Below are positions 41,124 through 51,978 of a DNA stretch of 64,000 nt, piece by piece (positions within the stretch are counted from its first letter, which is position 1; every line of letters begins with the position of its first letter). The position numbers were made by a program, and so were the translations under genes. The DNA comes from Sminthopsis crassicaudata (Eukaryota), in assembly GCF_048593235.1 (NCBI RefSeq), contig NC_133620.1, forward strand, positions 28,181,772 through 28,245,771, in the 5' to 3' direction. The notes beneath the pieces are model-generated. The model did no database searches. It was not told where the DNA came from and saw only the letters and a program-made list of their open reading frames with translations.

Positions 41124-43493
41124 GCAGGGGCGGGAGGGGCCCAAGATGCTTCACTTCCCCCGCCCCCCCTGCCCCTGCGGGGCGGGGCCGCCCGGACGTC
41201 TAGTTCCCACCTCCTCCCGGATCTCCCCCAGTCGCGGAGTGGAGCTTCAGATCCCGGAGCCCAGGGGAGGTCTGGAGCCGAGGGGCGGGGCGGCGAGGGA
41301 GCGCTCCACCTTCCCTGCCGCCCCCGGGGAGGCGCCGAACCTAGCTGGGAACTGCCAGCCCGGGCGAGGTGCGGGGGCGGACCCGGCAGCGGGGAAAATC
41401 TCCGCGCCACTCCAGCCCCCTGCGCAGTTATTTTAGGCGCCGGATGCCCTTTTCCCGGGCCACGAGGCTCCTATCCACCTCCTAACCTGGCAGGAAGACG
41501 TGCCAGTGTCTCTCAGCTTCCTCAGCTCTAAGAAACGCTCGGGAGTATGGACAGGGTGCTGATCTTGGAGTCGGGAGCCCTGGGTGCAAATTCTGCCTCG
41601 GACAGGAGGCAAATCGCTTCCATTGGATCCTCACAACAACCCAAGCGATGTTAGTATCCCCATTTTACAGTTGGGAAAACTGACGCAAACAGCAGTTAAG
41701 TGACTTGTCCACGGTCACCGGCTAAGGACAAATTTGAACCCAGGTCTTCCGGATTCAAAGCTCTAACAACTAGTACCACCTGGCTTACCTCAATGAAGCT
41801 AACAATAATTACTGGGGTGCCCTCAACTTACTGTTCTAAAGGCACAGGTCTTAGATAATTGGAGGGACGAGTAGAATAGGAAAGATATATTATCTACATC
41901 TGTATAAATGTCTCCCATTGGTGACGGGCAGGTCCTGCCCTAGAGAAACTCCAAAGTTTATTCTAGCTCGGACTTTCTCGGTTCTAAGGCCCCTCCCAGC
42001 TCTACCATTCTTTGTCCTACAGCCCAATCAACCAGACCAACCCAGTCTCTTATCTGTGGGTGGTCCGAGTTGAACAAAGCAGGATAGATAAAGGGGAGTC
42101 AGGACACAAACAAAAAAAGTTTGCCCGCAAGGACACAGGTTCCCAGCCTCTCCTAGCTGGGAAACTCCCATACCTGTGGGGAGCTTTCAAAATCTTAGAC
42201 CTATGGATCCTCAGTGACCTGAGGGCCTGACAGGGAGGGGTAACAGTAACTGGAAACTAAGTTGATTTATAGCAGGTCTTAATGACTAGAACACCAAACT
42301 CAGAGACCACCTGCTGCTGCTGTGAAGCAATTCTGGGATTTCACTGTGGCTGAGTTTTTTAAGAGGGTAAGCACAAATGATTGTTATATCAAGCTCAGAG
42401 AACAGCTTACTTGCTGAACCTTAGTCTTGGAAAATAGGGTATGTCCTAATATCCACATTTCCCGTTTAGACCAGAGAGTTATCTGAAAGAACTCCTACTG
42501 TTATGGCCTAAAAGGAGATGCAGGTATTAGCCAAGATGCCATGAGATATTGCCTGGTTTCTCGAGGGAACCCATTGGGTAAGTGTGTCCCTGATATCATT
42601 GCTAGCCATTATTTGCATACAAGCAGCAAAGTAAGGGGAGGGTGGAGAATATAGAGGGAGAAAAATATGCTCGAATCAGGACCTTGATGGTTAGACACAG
42701 AACAAAAAGGAAGAGGGGGGGTGGAACCTAGGACAATGTACTCAGCTCCTGTTTCTCATTTTGGAACAACTGTCTCATCTAGAGGTTGGCTGCTTCTGGG
42801 TCCATACTACATGAATCTTGAGGTCCCTGGAGGGTTCTGTCATCATCCACTCAGGAGCTTTCTTCAGATGACCCAGGAATCTATACCCACAAGTTTGGCA
42901 GCTGTGGGAGTCATAAAAATGACCAGGTAGGGATCCTTAGAGAAAACTCCTCGCATCATTCTTTAAATCTGAATTTCTGGTTAGAATAACATAAGTCCTT
43001 AGTTGAGAGTATGTAAACAATATATTAAAGATGATCCAGTTTCCCAGGGGCTAGTTTCAAGCAATACACTAAAGTTTTCCTCACAGTTCCTACAATTGTA
43101 TAATTCTGTTAAGTCAAATACAGATCAAACCACTTAGAGGTCTCACAATGGACTAGTTCTGAGAAGGGAGAGTTATATGTCACCAAGGTAATCAAGAAAA
43201 ACTTAAACTTCTTGAAACAAAAGACCAAAGCAATATGCAATGGTTATCACTCTTATATTAACATCAAGTCTCTTCCTGTCCTAGTATCCTATTCTCAATA
43301 TCCACTTAATCAGCACATTTTGAGTCCCAGATGTGGCATATAAATTATCTGGTCCCTAGATACCTTGGACAATAGGCCATATTCTCACTACAGCTCTAAA
43401 GGGGGCTCTGCTGCTTTGGTTCCCAAACCTCAAGATTTCTAGATAATTATTACTTAAAATACTTTAATAAAACCATTTAAATTTGGTTCTCCA

Positions 43494-44264
43494 TTGTAAA
43501 CAGAATCAACCATTCTGGAGAGCAATTTGAAATTATGCCTAAAGGGCTCTCAAACTATGTATACCCTTTGATCCAGCAGTGCTTTTACCGGGTCTGTTTC
43601 CCAAAGAGATCATAAAGAAGGAAAAGGGACCCACATGCGCAAAAATATTTGTAGCAGCCCTTTTTGTAGTGGCTGGAAACTGGAAACTAAGTGATTGTCC
43701 ATCAGTTGAAGAATGGCTGAATAAGTTATGCCATATGAATAGTATGGAATATTATCGTTCTATAAGAAATGATCCATAGAATGATTTCAGAGGGGCCTGG
43801 AAAGACTTACATGAGCTGATATTCAATGAAATGAGCAAAACCAGGAGATTATTATACATGGCAACAGCAAGATTATATGATGATCAATTCTGATAGACAT
43901 GGCTCTCTTCAACAGTGAGATGATTCAGGCCAGTTCCAATGGTCTTGTGATGGAGAGAGCCAGAGAGGACTGTGGGAACTAAGTATGGATCACAACATAT
44001 TATTTTTATTCTTTTTGTTTGCTTGCATTTTGTTTTTTTCTAATTGTTTTTCCTTTTTGATCCGATTTTTCTTGTACAACATGATCTTTGCAGAAATATG
44101 TACAGAAGAATTGCATATGTTTAACATGTATTAGATTACTTGCCCTCTAGAGGAGAGAAGAGGAAGGAGGGAAACAATTTGGAATACAAGGTTTTACAAG
44201 GGTGAATGTTGAAAATTATCCATGCATATGCTTTGAAAACAAAAAGCTTTAATAAATAAATAAT
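43494..44264 (+). mobile_element. L1 3' fragment inserted in the ERV, with TSD
   Basis: ORF2 C-terminal text (caaccattctggagagcaatttg...ccctttgatccagcagtg), 3' UTR and AATAAA-rich tail. TSD aaatttggttctcca (43479-43493) and aaaattggctctcca (44265-44279). Confidence 0.85.
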
Positions 44265-44379
44265 AAAATTGGCTCTCCAATTTTGAAAATTCAGAAAACT
44301 TCTGTTTATATCATTTGCTGTTTCTATCTTTACCTAAAACTTGTATCTGATATATATTTTTTTTAAAAATCATTACAAA

Positions 44380-45400
44380 CTATTTCTTAGTCAGCACCAG
44401 GTAGTTTGATAATTACTGTCTTGTAATATAGTTTAAGATTTGATACTGCTAAACCTTCTTCCTTTACATTTTTATTAGTTTCTTTGCCATTCTTTTTGTT
44501 CTTCATTTCTATTATATTGGCCCTGACTGTCCATAAATAATTTATATTTCTCTTATTATGTAAATCTGATAAAAATTACTGGGCTTGTTTTGGCAAATGT
44601 ACTTTCAGGTATTTTACACTGTCTAGAGTTATTTAAAATGAGGCAACTTTTACTATCTCTTCTTGGAGTGTTTTGTGATATTCAGAATACTGGTGGGAAT
44701 GTGCATTCTTGTTTCACACTTGATCTGACTAGGAAGATTATCCCCATTATAAATAACGCTTGCAAGATAATTGTACAATATGTATACATATATTGGATTT
44801 AACAAACAACAACAAGAGGTGAAAACACTATGTTGTGATCCATATTTCAGTCCCCATAATGCTTTCTCGAGTTGCAGATGGCTCTCTCTTTCGTTGCAAA
44901 ACCATTGGAACTAGCTGAATCATCCCAGTGTTGAAAAGAGCCAAGTTCATAACAATTGATCATCACATAATTTTGTTGTTGCTATGTACAATGTTCTCTT
45001 GGTTCTGCTAATTTTACTTAGCACATTTCACGTAAGTCTCTCCAGGCCTCTCTGAAATCATCCTGCTGATTATTTGTTATGGAACAATAATATTCCATTA
45101 CATTCATATACCGTAACTTATTTAACCATTCCCCAACTGATGGGTATCCACTCAATTTCCAGTCCCTTGCCACTAGGGCTGCTACAAACATTTTTGTACA
45201 TATGGGAATCTTTTTTTATGATCTCTTTGGGAAACATACCCAATAGACACACTGCTGGATCAAAGGGTACATACAGATTGATAGCTCTTTGGGCAGAGTT
45301 CCAAATTGCTTTCCAGAATGGTTGGATCCACCAACCATGCATTAGTGTCTCAGTTTTTTCACAACCCCTCCAACATTTATCATTTATCTCAAATTAAAAT
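44380..45400 (-). mobile_element. L1 fragments, reverse orientation
   Basis: ORF 45118-45342 encodes WWIQPFWKAIWNSAQRAINLYVPFDPAVCLLGMFPKE (L1 ORF2 C-terminus). Older L1-like text lies at 44380-44790. Confidence 0.75.
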
Positions 45401-45764
45401 TATTAGACAACTACTTTAAAAATGGGGAAATTTCACTTTATTATCATTACAATTTATGTGCAACTTCCTTAATCCTTAATCAAGAAATCCTAAATCCAAT
45501 TGTGAGAGCTTATTATTAAAACACACTCAAAGCCTGAATTTCCACAATAGATACATTTTGAAAGTCAGTCATATGTATCTAGATGTACATAGTTCTTAAA
45601 GAAAACAGTTCATGTTACTTTTCTCAAAGTTTACTATTCCATCTAATTAGAATACTTTCACATTATATCTTTGTCTTAGTACTTTTTCTAATCATTTCCC
45701 TTCAAGAGAATATCATCCCTACGTTATGATTTAACCACAAATATAGGTTAAATTGTAAGATGTT

Positions 45765-46073
45765 CTGCATCTGAAAACAGGATAGTGGGGACTGAATGTG
45801 GATCACAACATAGTATTTTCACCTTTTTGTTGTTTGCTTGCTTTTTTGTTTTCTTTCTCATTTTTCCCTTTTTGATCTGATTTTTCTTGTGTAGTATGAT
45901 AAATGTGAGAATATGTATAGAAAAATTGCACATAGATTGGCTTATTTGCTACCTAAGAGAAGGGGTAGGGAGAAGGGAGAAACATTTGGAACACAAGGTT
46001 TTGCAAAAGTGAATGTTGAAAACTATCTTTGCATATATTTTGAAAATACAAAGCTATTATTTAATTTTTAAAT
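45765..46073 (+). mobile_element. L1 3' UTR insertion with perfect 12-bp TSD
   Basis: TSD ttgtaagatgtt at 45753-45764 and 46074-46085. Confidence 0.8.
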
Positions 46074-46796
46074 TTGTAAGATGTTAATATTTACATAAGT
46101 CAGAAATGTTTCTGTATCAATCTGTTATTTAATAGATTTTGTGTTATACATACAAAACTTATTATAGAAATTTGCTATAAAAGGAAAAGGAAGAACATAG
46201 CAATAACAATGTCATATGTCATGAGGAGGAAAAAGTCCCTAAGCTCTGATTTTAAAAATATAACAAATTTGACAGTCAATTGTGTAGTCATAGAATGTCA
46301 AAAGCAAGGATCAATATTAAGCAGGTGGGAATTTTTCTTTTCAGAAAGGAAATGGCATAATGGGGAAATAAAGTCAGGAAGATCCTACTTAGGTGATACA
46401 AAAGTTGTTCCTAAAACTTTCCCCAGGCACAGACATCCATCTTTAGCAGTTGTGAGACTACAGCACATGCCATTTTCTACTATTGACTTCATGACAATTC
46501 AGACAACTATCTCTGCAATCAAAGTTCAAAACAACAGTAAATTATGGCCTCAGGAATTTTTACCTTCAATAGCAAAATTTCATAACTATAACTTAGGGCT
46601 TGAATATCTTTGTTTCCCTAACCATTTCATTAATCCTTTACTTATAAATTAAAATTATCCGTATTCAGAGGCTTCAGACATACGATAAATACCTAATAGT
46701 TGACTCACTATTAATATGTTGAAGCTATATCTTTAAAACACTTTAGATGCTTTTCATGACTACCAACAATTTCAAGTGAAATTTTACTATTATGAT

Positions 46797-47378
46797 TGTC
46801 AACCAGACTGCAACTGGCCTCTACCTTGTGAGTGGCCAGAGCACAAAGCAGGCCAGAAACAGGAGAGTCAGGACACAAACAGAAATTTAATTAGTTCTGG
46901 AGTTAGGAAAATGATGTTTGCAAAAAGAAGTGCCCTCCACCCTCACTCATCTTTTAAGAAGGAGGGCTTAACATGCTAGACCAAAGGTGAGTCTTATATC
47001 TCACAAGTGGGCCAGATTAGGACACAGTAATTTTTAGGTCTTGAGTTACTGTTCCTACAGGCCCTGTGGGAGCAGTATTGTCTCAAGTATTAGGGATCAT
47101 AGTCACCTTGCAGAGCCCAGAACCAGAGTTCTGTAACAGGAGCAGGAACTCAATACCTGTCAGTGACAAGGAGCAGGGATTGTGAACGTGTGATGGATGG
47201 CCCTGGGAAATAAGGGGAGCTAAATTCCTCAGTGAACACCTAGTTCTGGTCCAAGCAATTCACTTTGCTAGAAAGTAATCCTGAGTGCAAAGGCTTATCA
47301 TTATGCCAAGTTCAAGACATAGTCTGCTTGCTGTATCTTAGCTCTGAGAAACAGGGTAGCTTCAAAATATTTTGACAT
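46797..47378 (-). mobile_element. Solo LTR of a related subfamily nested inside the ERV
   Basis: 46797-46880 (tgtcaaccagactgcaactggcctctaccttgtgagtgg...caggagagtcaggacacaaaca) matches the U5 ends at 49972 and 42028. The far end is inferred at ...ttttgaca (~47378). Confidence 0.6.
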
Positions 47379-48062
47379 AGTAAATATTAACAATTTTGTA
47401 ACTAAATATACCTGATTAAATATTTAACTTTTTTTTTTCTTTTTGCTGAGTCAATTGGGGTCAAGTGATTTGCCTAGGATAGACAATTTTCAATAGCATT
47501 TTTTCCTAAACACATGTAAAGATAGTTCTCAGTATTCATTTTTGTAAGACTTTGTTTCAAATTTTTCTCTTTCCTTCCCTTATCTTTCCCTTCCCCAAGA
47601 CAACAAACAATCTGATATAAGTTAAATATATACAATTCTAACAATTTTAAGTATCCAATTTTTTTTATCACATCCTTTTAAAATCCCAGTTTATAATCCA
47701 ACAGCATCCAGTTTAAAAGAAAAGTTTTAACAGTATTTCTAGTTTACAATGGTCTCTCAAATTTCACAGTATAAAACAATTTAGAAATAAAATAATAATA
47801 CAAATGATATTTGTTTGCAATTTGACATCATCTGAAATTTCATTTTAATACATGATATTGTATTAAAAATGAAACAAGACTTCAGATGACAACAATAGCA
47901 TTTCCAAATTATCATATATAAAGATCATTAATTTGAATACCTTTGAATCTCAAAACCACTTTAGATATCAAGAATGGAATAATTACATTCAATTAAAAAA
48001 ATAATAACATAATATCAGCATGTCAGTCACTGTGTTAGGCACTTTACAATCACTATATTATT

Positions 48063-48223
48063 ATTTTTCATATGTTTAATTAAATTTATAATTATAATTT
48101 TTTGACAGTACATATGCATGGGTAATTTTTTTACATGATTCCTTGTACTTACTTTTCCGAATTTTCCCTTCCCTCCCTCCACCCCCTCCCCTAGATGACA
48201 GGCAATCCCATACATGTTAAATG
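48063..48223 (-). mobile_element. Short L1 3' end with perfect 15-bp TSD, inserted into a MIR (~47990-48350)
   Basis: TSD aatcactatattatt at 48048-48062 and 48224-48238. Confidence 0.9.
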
Positions 48224-49948
48224 AATCACTATATTATTTTGATCTCACAACCACCTTGGGAAGTGGGTACCATAATTATTCTTCTCTTTACAGATCAGAA
48301 AAATGGGCTTTACAGAGATAACTTGTGCAAGATTACACAGCTAATAAGTTTCTACAACCAGAGCAGAAAAGAGTGGACTCACCAAGGGCAGAGACTGGCT
48401 GACTCCCCCTATCTTATACTGCTATGCCAGGCACTGACAGGGGCACTCAGCCTCCCAGGCAGCATCTGGGCAGGATCTGCTGATGCTGGGTCTTCCCTAG
48501 GACATGTGGCAGACAGTGCTAACTATAACCTGGAAGTTGGTGCCAGGATCTTCCCATTGGTAAAAGTTCCTGGTGGCAAGACAACCACTTGTTGGTTGCT
48601 CCAACTATGGAGCCTTATCCTACGCCTCTCCTGACAGCTGCAGCTTTGGGGCCAGGAGGGATGTGCTGCACCTGGGTGATACTCACAGGCTTGCCTAGGG
48701 GGGGGCAGGAAGTTGCGAGATGCCTAAAGGCACAGGGAAGTTGGGTTCATGGCCAAGAGGTCCTGCCCCACCTCTTACTCCTTGCTGGGGCTCCACCAAG
48801 TGGACTGGCAGTGAACTGCACAGTTAGAAGAGCAGAACATAATTCAAGTTGTCCTATATTTTCCCAGCATTTTTCAATACTTTTATTTGGAAATTTTGAT
48901 TTGGGATAAGAGGATTTAGAGAGAAAGAGGGTCTCTGACCTGGGGGAGTGATCAGGGATGTCTGGTCTCAACCATTGGTAAAGGTTTACAAGAAGTTGCT
49001 TTAAGGTGCAAATCATTTATCTAATTTTTTTTTTCCTTAACTCTGGGATTACTTCCAAAATAGCTGGTTTTCTTCATCGCCTTGGAATAATGAAGCTATC
49101 CATTTTAATCTTCAGGGGGGAAATTATCTAAATGCCATTTTACTTTTTAAAAACTTTATATAATTTAATCTTTAATTTTTCCTTAAAACAAATTCTAAAG
49201 AATAGAATCCCAAAACTTACTAAGTTATTTCAGAAGGGAGTGAGTTTCCTAGAATTACCCCAAAGTCTTAAAAGTTCTCTTCTGCAATCTTGAAATGATT
49301 AATTTCCAAACCCCCTGCTTTACCAAAAAAATTTTTTTAGCCGTTCCTCAATTTTATCTGACTATTGCTATAATTCCAACTTGGGTCAGTATTGAAATCA
49401 CAGGGGAAAAAAATGTATTACAGGTTTTCTGTTTCTTTCTCTTTTCTTATAATATGGTTAAATTTTGGTAAAATCATGCTTACTGGGACTTTTACTTCAA
49501 GTATGAAAGTCTGGCTCCAGCGTTAAAAGTTTTTCTGGCTGTATTTTATATCTTTCGGGGTAACATGTCCATAACACAAACATGAGAAAGACATTTGCCA
49601 TTTTACAAAGACACTTTACACAGACATAATGACAAAACAGATTAAACACAACCGATTCGGCAGTGAGACACAAGTTTCAAGATCCGTAGTTAGGCCCGAG
49701 TTGCAATTTTACAGAGGGATGTGGAGAGGGAACCAGGATAGGAGCCTAGGAGGGGCCTTAAGAGTTTTCCGCACAAAGAATACTGAGTTCCACCAGACCT
49801 GGCACAGAAACCTGGAGCAGGAACAAGGGGAAAAGACTCAGCAGATGGAGGTGGGCGGTGTTGGTCAGACTCCAGAGAGATAAATGCCCAGTGACACCTG
49901 GTCGGTTCCCATTGGTGCTGGAGAATTCAATGGCCTGTTCCGTGTCCA

Positions 49949-49966
49949 TTCCCACTTCTGACACCA
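49949..49966 (-). other. Retroviral primer-binding site complementary to tRNA-Leu(CAA) 3' end
   Basis: The + strand tcccacttctgacacca (49950-49966) is identical to the last 17 nt, including CCA, of mammalian tRNA-Leu(CAA). Confidence 0.85.
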
Positions 49967-51399
49967 ATTAATGTCAACCAGACCAGGAACGGCCTCTAAC
50001 CTGTGGGTAGTCAGGGCCAGGCCAAGCAGTGCAGATACAGGAGATTCGGGGCACATGCGCAGAAGCCCCATTTCTGGTGGGAGGCCCAGGGCGGCGGAGG
50101 GAGATACTTACTATATACCTCTGGCTACATAGTGGCCTGTGGCCCAGACAGCGAGAGGTTACAGTAACAGAGAGACAAGTTTGATTTACAGCCTGGAGCA
50201 TGGATACGCTTGTCCAGGTTCAGAGTCAGGTGCTTCTGTGAAAGTTTGGGTGGGAGCATCCGGAGAATGAGCTCAAAGGATTGTTGTTGGGCCAAACTCG
50301 GTGCTTGCTGGGCCTTAGCGTGTGCCGGACTCGGATAGCACCAGCCACATTCTCTGTTCTAAGTTCGGACGTTCCCTGTTCTAAGCTCCCTCCTAATTCT
50401 GATCTCCCTTCTCCGACCCGAGCCCCCCCCCCCCAGCTCTGCTGTTCTCTATTCTGTTACCTTCTTTCCTCATCACCAGTTCTGAAACCTAGATCTCAGT
50501 CTCACTTCTACCGCAGCTCTGAGCTTCTCTGCCCCGCGTTCTAAGCTCCCTTTCAGCTCTCCCATTCTCTGGTCCAAGGGAAAGTTCCAGACGCCTCTGA
50601 TTCCAAACCTGAGCTCTAGTTTCCTTATGGGTTGAGTCCTCCGTTCTGAGACGCTGATGATTCTAAGCTCCAGGAAACAGGCTCGAATGTTTGAGAATCT
50701 GAGTCTAAGCTGGAAAAAACCCATTCCCCGTCTACCTGGAAACTCTTCCCCTTCCTGTGCCCCCTCCCCCCTGAGCAAAGCTGGAGCCCAGGAGATTCTG
50801 AACTCGATTCCGACAGGCTTCTGGATGCAAAGAAGCCGGCGCACAGACCTCCCCGCCCCCCTCTGTCGCTGCTTCCTCTCTCTAGAAAGTGATTGGCCCT
50901 GGGGTAGGGAGTAACTAAGCAACAGCATGGGGGGGTGAAGGAGGGAACGGAGAATGTGACAGCTTCCTCCTTCCTCCCCTCCATCGCTACACTATTAATA
51001 TACACCCTGGATTCCGCATCCCGTGCTAGGCCCTGAGGACAGTAATTGGAGCCCAAAGGCTTTCTCACCCCCCCCCCCCGCCCAGATCGTGGAGGAGGAG
51101 TCTAAAAATGAGAAAAGGACCTTGTATATTCACGGCCCAGCTGGGGGGGAGGGGGTGCTTGACCGGAGGAAGATCTGCCGGGATGGTCTCAGCCTTCCCA
51201 CCATGTCTCAGACAATTAGACACAGTTCCCTTCCTCAAGCCAAGTGGACCCGGATAGTTCGGGCCCTCGGCCCGGCCGAAGAACAGCGACATTCAAAGCG
51301 CCGCCCGCGGACAGCCGGAGATCCACCGCCCAGTCGGGAGGAGCGGGGAGGGGGGAAGGGGGAAGGGATGATTCCCCCGGGAAGAGCTGCTAGGGAAAA

Positions 51400-51978
51400 G
51401 GGGGAACCCCACTCCGATAACGGGAGCTGGGTTACCATGGAAACCAGGCCTGGGGATGCACAGTCCTCCCAAGCTTTAAGAAGCCCAGTTCAGGAGGCAG
51501 GGGAGGCCCTCCCCCTCAAGCCTCTATGCCTATGGCGCCGCCTGGGAACTAGTCTCGGAACGTCTCCCTACCGAACCCTGCCTCCGGAGCCTCAGTTTCC
51601 GAGTCTTGAGGAGCTCGCGGGGGTCCAGGTCCCCGCCTCTCCGGGCGGGCTTCAGAAGCGGGGCCGGGCCCTGACGACTCCTCGAGGCTCCTCCCCTTCC
51701 CCTTCTCCCCCCTCCCCTCTCCCTCTTCTCCCCGCCCCCCTCCCGCTCCCCGGACCCCTTTAGGCCCCGCCTCACCTCCGGCCCTCCTGACCCTACGGAG
51801 ACCGGAAGCTACGGGACGGGACGGGGCGGGGTGGGGGCGGGGCGGGGAGGGACCGGGAGGGGCCGGGAGGCAGCATGGAGGAGGCGGCTCGCTCCGGACC
51901 CACCGGCTGCTGCTTGTGCCGCCGCCGCTGCCGCCGCTGCCGGCCCTAAGCCCGCGGGGGGGGGGTCCCCAGGCGGCC
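51400..51978 (+). promoter_or_regulatory. POMGNT1 CpG-island promoter and non-coding exon 1
   Basis: X-box GTTACCATGGAAAC 51431-51444, ETS ACCGGAAG ~51800, clustered GC boxes 51820-51847, donor GCC|GTGAGT at 51978/51979, and exon 2 acceptor at 52386/52387. Confidence 0.7.

Larger units (their letters stand above)
42026..50991 (-). mobile_element. Degenerate class I (gamma-like), probably non-autonomous ERV provirus: 5' LTR ~49972-50991, tRNA-Leu PBS, internal region, integrase remnant, 3' LTR ~42026-42650
   Basis: PBS TGGTGTCAGAAGTGGGA on - at 49950-49966 directly follows an LTR ending in CA. Minus strand 42938-42775 gives KDPYLVIFMTPTAAKLVGIDSWV, then after a frameshift HLKKAPEW...DLKI (class I integrase C-terminus). 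42028-42470 aligns colinearly with 49974-50360. Outer boundaries approximate; no TSD or clear PPT recognised. Confidence 0.75.

Noticed and set aside
42300-42770. Possible env gene after the integrase remnant
   Set aside because: Most of this interval aligns to the 5' LTR, and no CKS-17/ISD or CX6CC motif is seen.
48350-49400. Possible gag ORF downstream of the PBS/leader
   Set aside because: Multiple stops and frameshifts; no convincing MHR or CCHC motif. Left as unassigned ERV interior.
49949-49966. Possible tRNA-Leu gene or pseudogene
   Set aside because: Only the 3' 17 nt including CCA match, directly beside an LTR end. It is a PBS, not a tRNA gene.
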